From the NCBI GenBank assembly GCA_043228905.1, contig JBHGNT010000012.1, forward strand, positions 186,001-250,000: a DNA stretch of 64,000 nt, given 5' to 3'. Of this stretch, positions 51,900-64,000 are shown in pieces (the first letter of the stretch is position 1; each line of letters opens with the position of its first letter). Made by a program: the position numbers and the translations under genes. The notes under the pieces are model-generated. The model did no database searches. It was not told the origin of the DNA and was given only the letters and a program-made list of their open reading frames with translations. Source of the DNA: Azolla caroliniana. Taxonomy: Eukaryota > Plantae > Polypodiophyta.

Positions 51900-54800
51900 T
51901 CAAGAATCTTCTTGACAAATTTGGAAAATATGTTGACAAGCATGGACGAATACCTTTTGGTCAAAACCCTATTGTAAAGTTTGGTCAAAAGGTACTTTGC
52001 ATGTAATCTTGGTGCCAAAGATATGGTACAGCAATATGACATAGAGGATGCATTATTAACTGATGGGTAGTTAAAAGTTTTTAATATAGTCATCCATGAC
52101 ATAGCATGGATATGTTTTGAAGTAATCTTCTTGCTAACCCTCCTTGTCAATTTGGTTCAACAAAATTATATATGTACATTCACAACCTCATCTCACCAAA
52201 ACTTTTTGATTACAAACTAGCAATGATGAGGGTATAGTTGCAAAGCTTGTATTTTGCATATGGATTCTAGTCCCATGTAATGAAGGGGTTTAACAATCTT
52301 CACGTTTTGTGTTTGAGATCATGAATGTTTCACATATTGCTCTTGAAAGTATGACCTTAGAAGTTTAGTTTCCATAAGCCAAGGATAAGTTCTTGCACAT
52401 CAACATCAATCATATATATTATTCTTGAGTAAAAAATGCATTGTTGGCCCTTGCCTATCAAACTAATATCTAAGCGCAAAATTGGTGGAGCGAGGATGCG
52501 TGCTACATCTGTAGCAAACAAACAAAAGGGATGTAGTTCCAACATGTGCATAGGTTGATGGCTTTCATCATGCATGTGTGCGTGGTAGATTGTTGGCAAA
52601 GACTAGTTACTGGTACCCGGAGCCAATTTCTTTTTAGATCTTCGTGCTTCTGTACAATCACAATCTTATGAAAAAATGTGACAAGTTGTTCATCTTTCTT
52701 AGAGCATTGTGGCATAAACGTGTGAGTGGGCCGTTGTAAGCATCCTTGGGTCAGGTCAGGCTTAAGCTTTCGTCAATAATAGGGTTGAAACATGTTTCTG
52801 ATGTAACTTTGTACTCAGAACTCCGTTTTGATGATTTTTAGCTCGTTGCGAAGCTCATTCATTCATAGGGCTTTCCAAAGATTATTTGGAAGTTGAGTTT
52901 CGTTATCGTTACAAGAAGCTACAAGGAAAATGGTCATCGTCTCAGGTTAGTTCTCTCAATCTCTATTAGGATGGCTGACACAACAATAGGAAGTGAGTTG
53001 ATGATTGTCGATGGATGTGGTAGTAATGATGGTTGTAAAAATTACAAGAGGAAAACATTTATTGATTTTACAGAACATGAGAAAACATCATATGTTGCTA
53101 TTCTTGGTGGGAAAGATGTTATTGGAGATGATTGTGATATTGACAGTTGATAGAAGATTCGTGCATGTGATGGAATGGGTTCGGTGGTGGATTGTAAAGA
53201 TATATTAAAACAACAATGTCCAATTTGGGTGACCATTGATTGTAGTAACTCATTCTTTTGGGATTTACTACCAGGATTGATGTCTCAAATTGGTAAAGTT
53301 TTGGTTGCTCCTCATGTTAATTCGTTGAACAAATGTAGATTTTGCATGTTATGGGATACAAGTTGTAAACTTCCAGGATGATTAAGTATAGATACATCTC
53401 GATTTGGTCGATTTCGTTTTAAGCTTCAATTGGAGACTTTTGCAAGACATTATTTTAAATGTGGTAAATTGGGGCATTTTATGGATGAATGCCAATATCA
53501 TGGTGAACTATCCCTGAAAAGTTGTGTCAAAGGGAAAAATAAGGAAGATGTTGAGAACGATATTGTCTCAATGGTTGATATGGTCATGGATGAGGGAACA
53601 TCTCATGGGTTAGAGCAAGATCCTAAAGTTCATGGTCATGTCAGAGGTGTTGGGGAGGAGAATGGAGTAAGTATTAATGATGGCCTAGATGTTGAAGATG
53701 GAGAGTGGCATCAAGTGAAGCACAAGATAAAAGGGAAGGGTGTTGCCATACAAATGGACACAAAAGATACTAACGGTAAGGCATTACCAAAAGATAATTT
53801 GAGATTGGATGAGGACTATAAGAAAAATCCTTGGCAGAAACAAGTGCGAAATCAGAGAGTGTCCAACCAATTACAATTCGAATCTTCACGAAGGGTGGTG
53901 CAACTTCAATTAAATCAAGGACTTCATTTTCGTGGAGCTAGACAACAAAATCGTATTATTGGTGGATGAGATGTAGTACACACAAATCCTTATGTAGCTC
54001 TTGAACAAGTAGTTAGTACATTCATGAATACAATGCTCATAAAGAGCAAGTTCTTACTAAAGGTGTTAAATGAAAGTGGTATCATGGAATGTGCGAGGGG
54101 CACCTTCTCCTCATAAGAAATATATATTATGGAAAACTTTATTTGATAAAGAATGGGATGTTTTATGTGTAGTTGAACATACGTGTCATGATTTAGCAGG
54201 ATCTGTGTAACATTTGTGTGGATATTCGCATATTATGCATGACAATTATCACATCATTACGCAGGGGTAGTCATGATTATTCGTGGTTTGTTTTGTCCGC
54301 ATATAGTCTATAATGATCCATATTGACATTTGTTGGTAATGGAAGTCAAGTATTTTGAGGATTTGATATGATTGGTAGGAATCTATGCACGCAATAATGC
54401 TAATCAACGCATCGAGTTATGGTCTTCAAGTATCCATGTGTCACGGTCCGTGACACCATGGTTATTAGTGGGTCGTGCTGGTTTGTTAATGGGTGATTTT
54501 AATGTGTGTTGATGCTTCACAATCTACTTCACGATTCTCATTGATGGATTCTCCTGACCAAGAAGTTTGGGACACATTGGCATCATAGGTTTTGAATTTG
54601 GATGTATGGAGATGGTTGCATCAACATGAGGTTGGGATTATATTTCAGTCTATGCAATATACGGAAACATGAAGTAGGTTAGATAGAATCTATGTTATGC
54701 ATAATGAGTCCTTTTTGCCAGAGATGCTTAATATATCAATTATGCAAGAGGTTGTGACATCGGATCATTTTTCCATATGTTTTGAGTTTCATAAACATGG

Positions 54801-57800
54801 GATTGATCTGTACAAAACATTGCTTGATCGAGTTCCTTTGAGGTTTAATTCTTCTTTATTATTACATTCCTTATTTGATGCCTATATGCAACAAAATTTT
54901 GGCATGTTTTTAGAACAAGTTATTTCAAAAGGATGGCATGCATGGGATACAACACTACAAAACATCAGTGATATTCATCGTACGTATGATATGACTAATG
55001 CTAAAGACGTAAGAAATTGATTGATAAGTTTTCATATATTTTTATGCGATGCAATGTACTAATGATGAATAATCCGCATGATGGAGACCTTTTGGATCTT
55101 CAAGTTCAAGTACAGGACATTGTGAAGAATTTGTCTTGTCAAAGTTATCCACTAACCAAACTACGTTAGTTAAATGAGGGATTTATAGATAATCAATCAC
55201 AATCTCATATGTTTTTAAGGATTAAGACCATTATATGCTCATTCAAATGCGGTACAAATTAAGATAGGGGATGACATTGTTGTAGACCCAATCAAGGTTA
55301 TTGAGTTATGTATTACTCATTTTAAGAATTTGATTGGGCCAGAGTTGATTATTAATGAGGATGTGTTGAAAGCACGCCAAGAGTTTTATAATGTAATTGG
55401 GTGTGTCGTGAATACAAATATTTGTCAAGAATTGGATGTTGATTTTGAAGAAACTGAGGTGGAAAAGGTATCGTTACACCTTCCTTGGGATTGTTTTACA
55501 AATGAAGTTTTTAAGAAGTATGTTGACATGCTTAAGGGTCCATTCACACAAATGTTTCAACAATGTTGGGATTCTGGTTTCATGCCCAAGAGTTGGAAGG
55601 TGGGCTTAATCAAATTGATACCAAAGGTACCATTTTCGGAGCCATTTCATCAATGGAGGCCTATTTCATTGATAGGAGGGTTGTACAAAGTGTTTGCAAA
55701 GATATTATCCAACTGACTTAAGAAATTCTTACCTCAACTTATTCATCCATCTCAATATGGTTTTATTGCAGGTAGAAATATATTGCATAATGTTTTGAAT
55801 GTTCAAATGGCTATCGATTATGCTCGACATACACATCAAGAAATGGTTATGGTTCAATTAGATTTGGAAAAAGCATATGATCATGTTAATTGGTCTTTCC
55901 TCTCAGGTGTGATGTATAATATGGGGTTTGGTCCTCGTATCTGACGACTTATCTTTTTGCTAGGACAAAATGCAATCTCGCGTGTGATGCTTCATGGCGG
56001 AATTACTCCGAAAGTGTTTCTTACTAGATCCATGCGGCAAGGATGTCCACTAAGCCCATTATTATTTGCTATTGTTACACGTCCTTTGTTAGTAGTGTTG
56101 TCAAATCTTGCGGCTAGTGGTGATATTGTGGGTTTGCATCTTCCTTCTGGTGGACAATTGGTGGCACAAGCATTGATTGATGATTCTTTTATGTTTTTAC
56201 AAGCATCAAAAGAAAATCTTGAAAGGAGTATGCAAGTTTGGGATCAATTTGCTTTGGCTTCCGGGTTGTATATAAATTGGAGGAAGTCTCGCCTTATTTC
56301 TTGTACGAAGAGTGATTTGGAGTGTTTGGGATGGCAAGGGTCAATGATTACACGAGGATCAATTTATTGACATTTGGGTTATCCATTGGGTGTTGATATT
56401 GGTGTTCAATTGATTTATTGGATTGGTAGTAAATTGAAGGACAAATTTATGTATTGAAAGTCTCAATTATGGCCCTTTCATGTACGACTCAAAGTGGTGC
56501 CTTGTATCTTGATACCCATGTTATTATAATTTTTTGCCTTTACTACCTTGGACTAAGAAGGCATTACAAAACATGTAACAACCTATTCGGTTCATGTTGT
56601 GGCGGAAGGGAGAAATTATGGGAGTTACGTGGATTTCATGGGACCATTTGGCTACTCTTAAAAGGTTAGGTGGTGCAACAATATTGGAATCTGGAAATGC
56701 ATTTCATGGCTTGTAGATTTGTATTATTACGATATATATTTCAACAAGGTCAACCATGGATATCTATGATGCAATATTTTATTGAGCATGAAGGATTGGT
56801 GCACGGGAAAACAAAGATTCAAGCATCCTGGTGGCCATTACTCAATAGAAGTATACCTCTAAAGATTTGACATTCTGTATGTGGACAACATTTGGTAAGA
56901 TCATGGCAAGATGCATTATCTCTATTTGAATGGAGACCATCAAGTGATCGAGAATCTTGTAATTCATTACAAAATGAATTGCTTGTTTCTTCTCCAGTGT
57001 TGTTTTGACATGGGAAAGAGAAGTTGAGATCTCAATTCAATCGTTTATTTCAATTGGGGATAATTGTACATTTGGAATGTGTGGTTGATAATGAATCTCA
57101 AAGGTTGTCGAAATTTGAAGATGCTAAGCAATGGTTATGTATTCCCCCAAATAAATCCATAATTTGGGGGAATACATAACCATTGCTTAGCATATTCAAA
57201 TTATTGCAAGGATCTTTGCCATGGAAAACAAATGTTGCACCTTGGGTGGATTAGTGGTTACAAGATGATACACGCTTGTTACAGGTCGGTACAAATATAT
57301 TGTATCATTATCCAATGGAATCACTATCTTGGCTATCTCCTAAAGCAGCGAAGTTGTGGAAGTATGTAAGTAAGATGCAAGGTGGTGGAAAATATTACAA
57401 TGTGGTTGGCATTGCCATCTACCATTTCGTGCAAAGGTATTCATATGGAGAGTCATGATTGGTGGGCTCCCATTAGGTTTGGCCTTAAAGAGACGAGGAC
57501 TAGGGTCTGGCACTTATTTCTTTTGCATCGTTCCATTGGAGGATAGTACACATAAGTTCATTAAATGTCCTATAGCGTGTACCATTTGGAAGTACTTATC
57601 AGACATTTGGCATGTTTTAACCCGTTGTTGTTTGAGACCTCAACAATGTGTTTTTTCTCAATATGTTCAAAATGGTTCAAATGATGAGATGGAGATATTG
57701 TTCCAATTTTTACGTTATTGGGGACTACAACACAATTGGAATATGTGTAATGCTTTCATGTTTGATAATAGACATGGGATGAAAGCTTATATAAAGAAGC

Positions 57801-57990
57801 TGAAAGGTATTCTCATGTGGAATTTTTGGATGTTAGAGCATGTGGGGATCATTTCCTCAAATGCATATTTAGGTTTTTTAATGGCATTACAGGACGCCCC
57901 TCTACCTACATAGCATATGATAGGTAGGGGAGACTAAGAAGTGTTGTAACTAAGTGGATTTTACATACAATTAATATAGTTGTGTGCTTT
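51900..57990 (+). mobile_element. Near full-length decayed L1-clade LINE
   Basis: ORF1 knuckle FKCGKLGHFMDEC (~53455). Endonuclease MKVVSWNVRG (54070), GDFN, RLDR, SDHF; RT LDLEKAYD, RQGCPLSPLLF; C-terminal EDSTHKFIKCP. Ends near (AG)n ~58001. 5-prime boundary uncertain. Confidence 0.88.
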
Positions 57991-57996
57991 TACCAA

Positions 57997-58046
<50 letters not shown>

Positions 58047-59858
58047 AATGCTAATACTAAGGTTAGTTAACTAGTAGCTCAAGAGTCATCGACGACCACT
58101 CTTGCCTGATTCGCTACCATTAGGGTATTATACACCAATCCAGATCCTTGGCCCAACGATATCAACGGGAGGGAAAACTCCATTGATCTATAGACGGGTT
58201 CCAGTGTTAAGCACTTGGAATCCACACACTTTGATAACATCACCAACAAGGGGTAGAGTAACAATACCAAACAACAATGGGTTAAGTGGGCATCGTTAAG
58301 GAGTAGACGCATGAGTGCAATATCGATGTAGTTGCCCAATTAAGCATTATTTAGGACACCACATCTTGACCTAATAAAAGTATAAGGTGAGACATAAGTG
58401 GTCCAAAGCCCATTTTATGCATTTACTCGAAAACAAAGGACCAACGAACATGTTCATAAGTTCTCTCCAATTGTGTGTGTGTGTGTGTGTGTGCGCACAC
58501 ACATGCTTTTTCTTATGAAATTGATACAAAAGCAAGTGGCTTGCTTGATTTTCTTGCTCAATTAGTGATGGTTCTTTCCCTTTGTATTGAGGTGTGGGCT
58601 GAAGTAAAATGTGGTGTTGTCCAACATTCTCCAACCAACAAAGAGTGAGTCGAGAAACCAATCCAAGTACAAATAATTCAGGTTGACATTAGGCCCCCAC
58701 AGAACATAGAACATGGGCTGGCTTCTGACGAACTTGAGGTTCCGACGTGCGAGCCGGTGGTAAGTGAGCCACTTCATCGGTACCTGCCCATGAATTTGTG
58801 TTCAGTCAGCGGTTATTCCCTTCCCGCGCTGGTAGCTCAACTGTTAACCGCTTCATCCGTGATTGGTCTACGGTTTCAATCCCTTCATGTGCTTCATGAA
58901 GAAGCGCTTCCTCCTCGCGCATAACGCTTCATCCGGCTGGGCTGGGCCGGAATTCAACAGAAATCTAGATTTCCAGAGTTGGGGGGAGTTGAAGAGGGAT
59001 AAACATGGGCAAATGTGTCTAAGCTTAGTAAAGCATGATTGAGACAAGGATAGGGCCATCTTTGACTGATTTGTCTATATATGCTCTTTATCTTTGTGGA
59101 AATTCTAAATTCTACGTGTGCCATCCCCTTCTATAATAGCATTACAGCCGTAAAAAACAAACATAGTAAAGCAGGATCGAGAAAAGGCATGGTCCATGGT
59201 CCATGGTTAGTGTATTATGCTCTTTATCTTTGTGGAAATTCTCGGTTCTATGTTTGCCATCCCCTCCTATATAGAAACACATTGTGTTATATCTCACCTT
59301 CAAACGACATGCACATAATAGTTGCAAAACAATTCACTTCCAAAAAGGTGCATCGGTGATTGAAACACTTCTACATTAGTGAATGTGAGAACAAGTTCTA
59401 AGTTATTGGGGTGAATGAAGGCACCAAACCAGTAGGCTGGAATTAATTACATTACGACAACACCTCTACAATTGCTCATTTTTTCCTTTCTAAATCTTTC
59501 ATAGTGGTAGGAGTTAAATAACTTCTTAAGCAAAAATTGAACGTGATTGTAGAACATCTCACCGATATTTGTAGTCACATTGATTGGTTCAAATGCCAAA
59601 ACATGTGTTGAGGTGACACAGATTCAAGTCCTAAAGCAAAAAACCTTGCATTCATTCATTCATTTTTAGTTGATATGAACCATGACAAAGGAGCAAGGCT
59701 TTTGGATCGCATGTCCTTCATAAAATGCCGCCACACTAATTTCATCGACAACATTGGTGCTACTAGATTCGATTAGAGGTACACCATTGTGTGGTCACAA
59801 TCACGATCAGAATGAATCCTTCAACTCATGAATGACGTTGTGTCTATCTTCTTGTGCC

Positions 59859-60027
59859 TAGGAATCAGCAACGGCTTGGTTTGGCCAAAAACGGTTTGGT
59901 TCGGCCTGAACCATACCAAACCGAGTTCAAACCGGTTAAGGAAGCTCAAACCTGAACCGAGGCGAACCGAGCCTCCAACGGTTTAACAGCTCGGTTCAGG
60001 ATTGAGCCGAGCCATCGCTGACTCCTA
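59859..60027. mobile_element. hAT-like MITE ~230 bp upstream of the AhpC/TSA gene (partial second copy ~63165-63320)
   Basis: Imperfect TIR TAGGAATCAGCAACGGCT...AGCCATCGCTGACTCCTA with AACCG/CGGTT repeats; no clean 8-bp TSD. Confidence 0.7.
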
Positions 60028-60256
60028 TGGTCGCGTCCATCTTCTGCAAATTAAAGCCACCCAAACCCAAAAGAAAACCAGGGGGAAAAGGGTCTTACCA
60101 AATTTGATGGTCTACAGAGCACCACACCAGTACCACCACAAAATGAATGTGTGTGAGACACAGAGAGAGAATGGTGACTAGAAAAACAGAGCAGCATGAG
60201 CAGACATTAGGTAGCTCTGTATCCATCCATAGAATTAATCAGTATACTGCCTCCTA

Positions 60257-62207
60257 ATGGCTCCTGCTGCCATCTCCTCATGGCAAGCATCTTGTGGTTC
60301 CATGATCACCCACCACCACAGCCACCACAACAAACTTCCCTTCTGTTCCTCTTCCATTAAGCCTTCCCTTGCCAAGATTAAGCTTCTTCAAGCACAAGGC
60401 TATGTCAACCATAAATATACTCGATTGCAGGCCACCGCTTCTTCTTCTTCTTCTTCTTCTTCTGTTAGTGAGGCTGCCAAGCTCTCTTCTATCTCCATCC
60501 TAACCACCGATGGTGTCCGTGTGCAGTTCAAAGACCTTTGGAACCAGAACTCGGTAATTAGCATTATGTAATGTTTCTTGATTCTCCGTTCGCTTTCGTA
60601 TCTGGATCCATCTTCTCACGTCCCTTTTTTTTTTCTTGGGGTTCTCATTTTCGCAGGAAACGGCAGTGGTGGCATTTCTCAGGCATTTCGGTTGCCCTTT
60701 TTGGTAAGTTTTGTTCTATTTTGTACCAGTTTCCCAATAGAGAGATCAATCCGGTTTTGGTTTGTGCCTTTTCTAGTGTAGTGCTCGATTTACCATTTCT
60801 TTGCTCCTTTCCTACTACCCAGATCAATCTAGTCTTGGTTTGTCCTTTTCCTACTGTAAAGGTCAATCTACTGATTTGGCTCTCTTCCACATTTTCACAC
60901 TATAGCTGGGAGTTTGCTGCATCTCTGCGTGATTTAAAACCTCAATTTGATGCCGCTGGAGTTAAACTCATTGCCATTGGTGTTGGCACTCCTGACAAAG
61001 CCCAAATTTTAGCAGAGAAGGTATGTCTTCTTTGACACTGTTCCGTCTCTTTCTTTCTATTTCATGTTTTGCACTCTGTGTTTTATTGCTTGTTTTCTTT
61101 TCTGTGTATGCTTCCTCTATTTATTCTCTGTATCAATACCAGAAGTCTTATCATTTTGTTTGTGTGTTTTCTCTAGCTTCCATTCCCTAAAGAGGCTTTA
61201 TTTGCCGACCCGGAAAGGAAGGTATGTGATATTTAATGATTCATGAAATCAGGCTTCCTGTTGTGTTTAATGCTCTGATTTCATGCAAACCATATCAGAT
61301 TTTGTATTATTTTTTTAATATTTTGCTTACGTTTAAACTATATGAAAACATTTTTGTAGGCATATGATGCTCTTGGTCTGTATTATGGTTTTGGTCGAAC
61401 GTTCTTCAACCCTGCCAGTGTGAGTAAATTGACTAGAAATATGCATGGGATCCTTAAATCTCTTTTGAGATGACTCTATGTTGAATCAGGAAAATCCACC
61501 CAAAAATATACTCTTTATCTTTCTTTCAGGCAAAAATATTAGGTCGGCTTGATGCAGTTCAGAAAGCCACCAAAGATTACACCCTGGAAGCTACACCATA
61601 TGATAGGGCATCCGTATTACAACAGGTGAATGATTAAATATAACGTTTTATATAGTTCAACTATGTAGTAGTGGGGAGTAATTAGAACTTTGTGCATAAT
61701 AACTTCAATCGTATATACATAATCCTTCGAAAGATGTAATGACACAATTAAATGTGAGGCTAAAGCCTTGCTATGAAGTATGGCATCCATCCCCTACGAG
61801 TAGTGGATGAGACCATGCTTATATACACCTGACAAGCTAGTATGCTCGAGCTTTCTTAGCTGTTTTTCACTCACTATATGTGTTCGATTATGTTTTGTTG
61901 GATGTCCTCCCCTAGCTTATGTGTTCTTAAGATTCTCTACATTGCATCTGGATGTAACTTTGGTTTCATAGCTCATTTGGCCTTCAAGATAGTATTTCGT
62001 TCCATTTCTCTCTTTCGTTTACATTTGCACAGCATGCGAGCATATTAGCAAGGTGTGTAACTCGGAAACTCTGTTTATTCTTTGCAGGGTGGGCTTTATG
62101 TGTTTAAAGGAAAGCAGCTTGTGTTTGCTAGGAAAGATGAAGGGACTGGAGACCATGCATCCTTGGATGATGTATTGAATGTATGTTGCTCACCAGCACT
62201 AGTGTGA
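60257..62207 (+). CDS. AhpC/TSA (peroxiredoxin-like 2, thioredoxin-fold) protein, likely plastid-targeted; exons 60257-60553, 60657-60703, 60906-61020, 61177-61221, 61360-61419, 61530-61625, 62088-62207 (259 aa)
   Basis: Spliced product contains AVVAFLRHFGCPFCWEFA, LIAIGVG, ADPERKAY, QQGGLYVF and DEGTGDHA. Ser-rich transit-peptide-like N terminus. Confidence 0.93.
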
Positions 62208-63562
62208 GCATGCCTCAGATTTCCATCCTACATTATAATATGCAAATGAAATGCTCGAGAATTATGTAAAGAGAGCTTATGTATACATCAGACCGTTGCC
62301 CTCATAAGTGCTTGGAGAATTTCATCCTACACGTGTGCTGTGCAAATGATTTTTCCGAGAATTCTGTAAAGAGATTCATATTGAATCAATACAACATCAA
62401 GAAAACATCATTGTGAACAATAGATGTAATCGGAGCCATTTTTCAAGGCAAGAATATTCTAGGGGAGCCAATTAACATAAGAAGTTAATGGAATGGAAGT
62501 TAGATTCTCTTGCATTCATGTCAAAGGGGTGTTATGACGTTAATTTAAATGGCCTAAAACAAGTAAGGAGGTTTTCCTAGAGCATAGAACAAAGGGTTTC
62601 TAGAGTGAGGGGACGTAGTGCGGGAGGTTTACACACCTAAACTCTCGTGTCTTTTGAGAGTGTCTTGCTTGCACCTTTATGCTCGATGTTATTGTGGCAT
62701 CAACGTTATTCACAAGCAAAACGTTCCTACACGCCAGTTTTGCACACCCAAGTAGAATTTGGAGAATGATCCATTTTGATCGAGAGCAACGAAGTGCCGT
62801 GCCGAAGCATGTCTCAATCAAAAGCTCTATGGGTTAATTATGTGTATGTGTAAGCCACCTATATCTATGGAATAAGAGTGCCCACGGCCATGGCCACACC
62901 CTATTCTCTTGTGGACTCCGTTGGCCTTCCCTATCCTTTGTCTATGGCCCATGGGCCCTTTCACATTCTAGGGATCAAATGGAACAAGAATCGGGGGCTT
63001 GGTTGGTCTTCTTCTCCTTCTTCTTCTTCTAGAGGCTTCTAAGCAACATTGGCGCTACCATATTCGGTTAGAGGTACTTCATCATTTGAACAAAGTGGAC
63101 TTACAATCACAATCACAATGAATCCTTTGAATCATGAATGCCATTGTGTCCATCTTCTTGTGCCTAGGAATTGGCAAGGGCTTGGTTTCAGCTTAACCGG
63201 TTTGGCCCATAACGGTTTGGTTCGGCCTGAGCCATCCAAAACCGAGTTCAAACTGGTTAAGGAAGCTCAATCCTGAACCGAAACTCCAACGGTTTAACAG
63301 CACGGTTCAGGCTTGAGCCACCCACATCAAACCGTGCTTATCTCTGCAAATTAAAGCCACCCAAACCCAAAAGAAAACCAGGGGGAAAAGGGTCTTACCA
63401 AATTTGATGGTCTACAGAGCACCACACCAGTACCACCACAAAATGAATGTGCGTGAGACAGAGACGGACAGAAAGAATGGTGACTAGAAAAACAGAGCAG
63501 CATGAGCAGACATTAGGTAGCTCTGTATCCATCCATAGAATTAAGCAGTATACTGCCTCCTA

Positions 63563-64000
63563 ATGGCTCCTGCTGCCATCTCCTCATGGCAAGCATCTTG
63601 CGGTTCCATGATCACCCACCACCACAGCCACCACAACAAACTTCCCTTCTGTTCCTCTTCCATCAAGCCTTCCCTTGCCAAGATTAAGCTTCTTCAAGCA
63701 CAAGGCTATGTCAACCATAAATATACTCGCTTGCAGGCCACCGCTTCTTCTTCTTCTTCTTCTTCTGTTAGTGAGGCTGCCAAGCTCTCTTCTATCTCCA
63801 TCCTAACCACCGATGGTGTCCGTGTGCAGTTCAAAGACCTTTGGAACCAGAACTCGGTAATTAGCATTATGTAATGTTTCTTAATTCTCCGTTCGCTTTC
63901 GTACCTGGATCCATCTTCTTACATTCTTTCTTTCTTGGGGTTCTCATTTTCGCAGGAAACGGCAGTGGTGGCATTTCTCAGGCATTTCGGTTGCGTTTTC
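63563..64000 (+). CDS. Tandem duplicate AhpC/TSA gene (exon 1 63563-63856, exon 2 from 63956; runs off the window)
   Basis: Near-identical to copy 1 at an offset of ~3.3 kb; homology extends upstream to ~63043 versus ~59748. Confidence 0.9.

Overview
Repeat-rich plant nuclear DNA. The intron style, an NMCP1-type lamina gene and dense microsatellites suggest a non-angiosperm land plant such as a fern (inference). Host genes: a 2-exon C2H2 zinc-finger/PARP-like-domain gene (12590-14460 +), a convergent multi-exon coiled-coil gene of unknown family (~15852-19190 -), a 9-exon NMCP1/CRWN-type gene (45493-51213 +) and a tandem pair of plastid-type AhpC/TSA (peroxiredoxin-like 2) genes (60257-62207 and 63563->64000 +). 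Much of the rest is nested transposons: three Ty1/copia elements (one near-intact), several solo LTRs with target-site duplications (TSDs), two L1-type LINEs (one split by three LTR insertions), non-L1 LINE fragments, hAT-type MITEs and a probable decayed CACTA. Most unusual: (i) a pol-less LTR element (24132-28047) with tRNA primer-binding-site (PBS)-like motifs facing inward next to BOTH LTRs and no polypurine tract (PPT); (ii) two TSD-flanked insertions whose termini are the same LTR end in inverted orientation (1672-2134, 25315-26982); (iii) a young gene duplicate whose only visible amino-acid substitution is in the CxxC redox motif. All coordinates and alignments were read by eye; no database searches were run.
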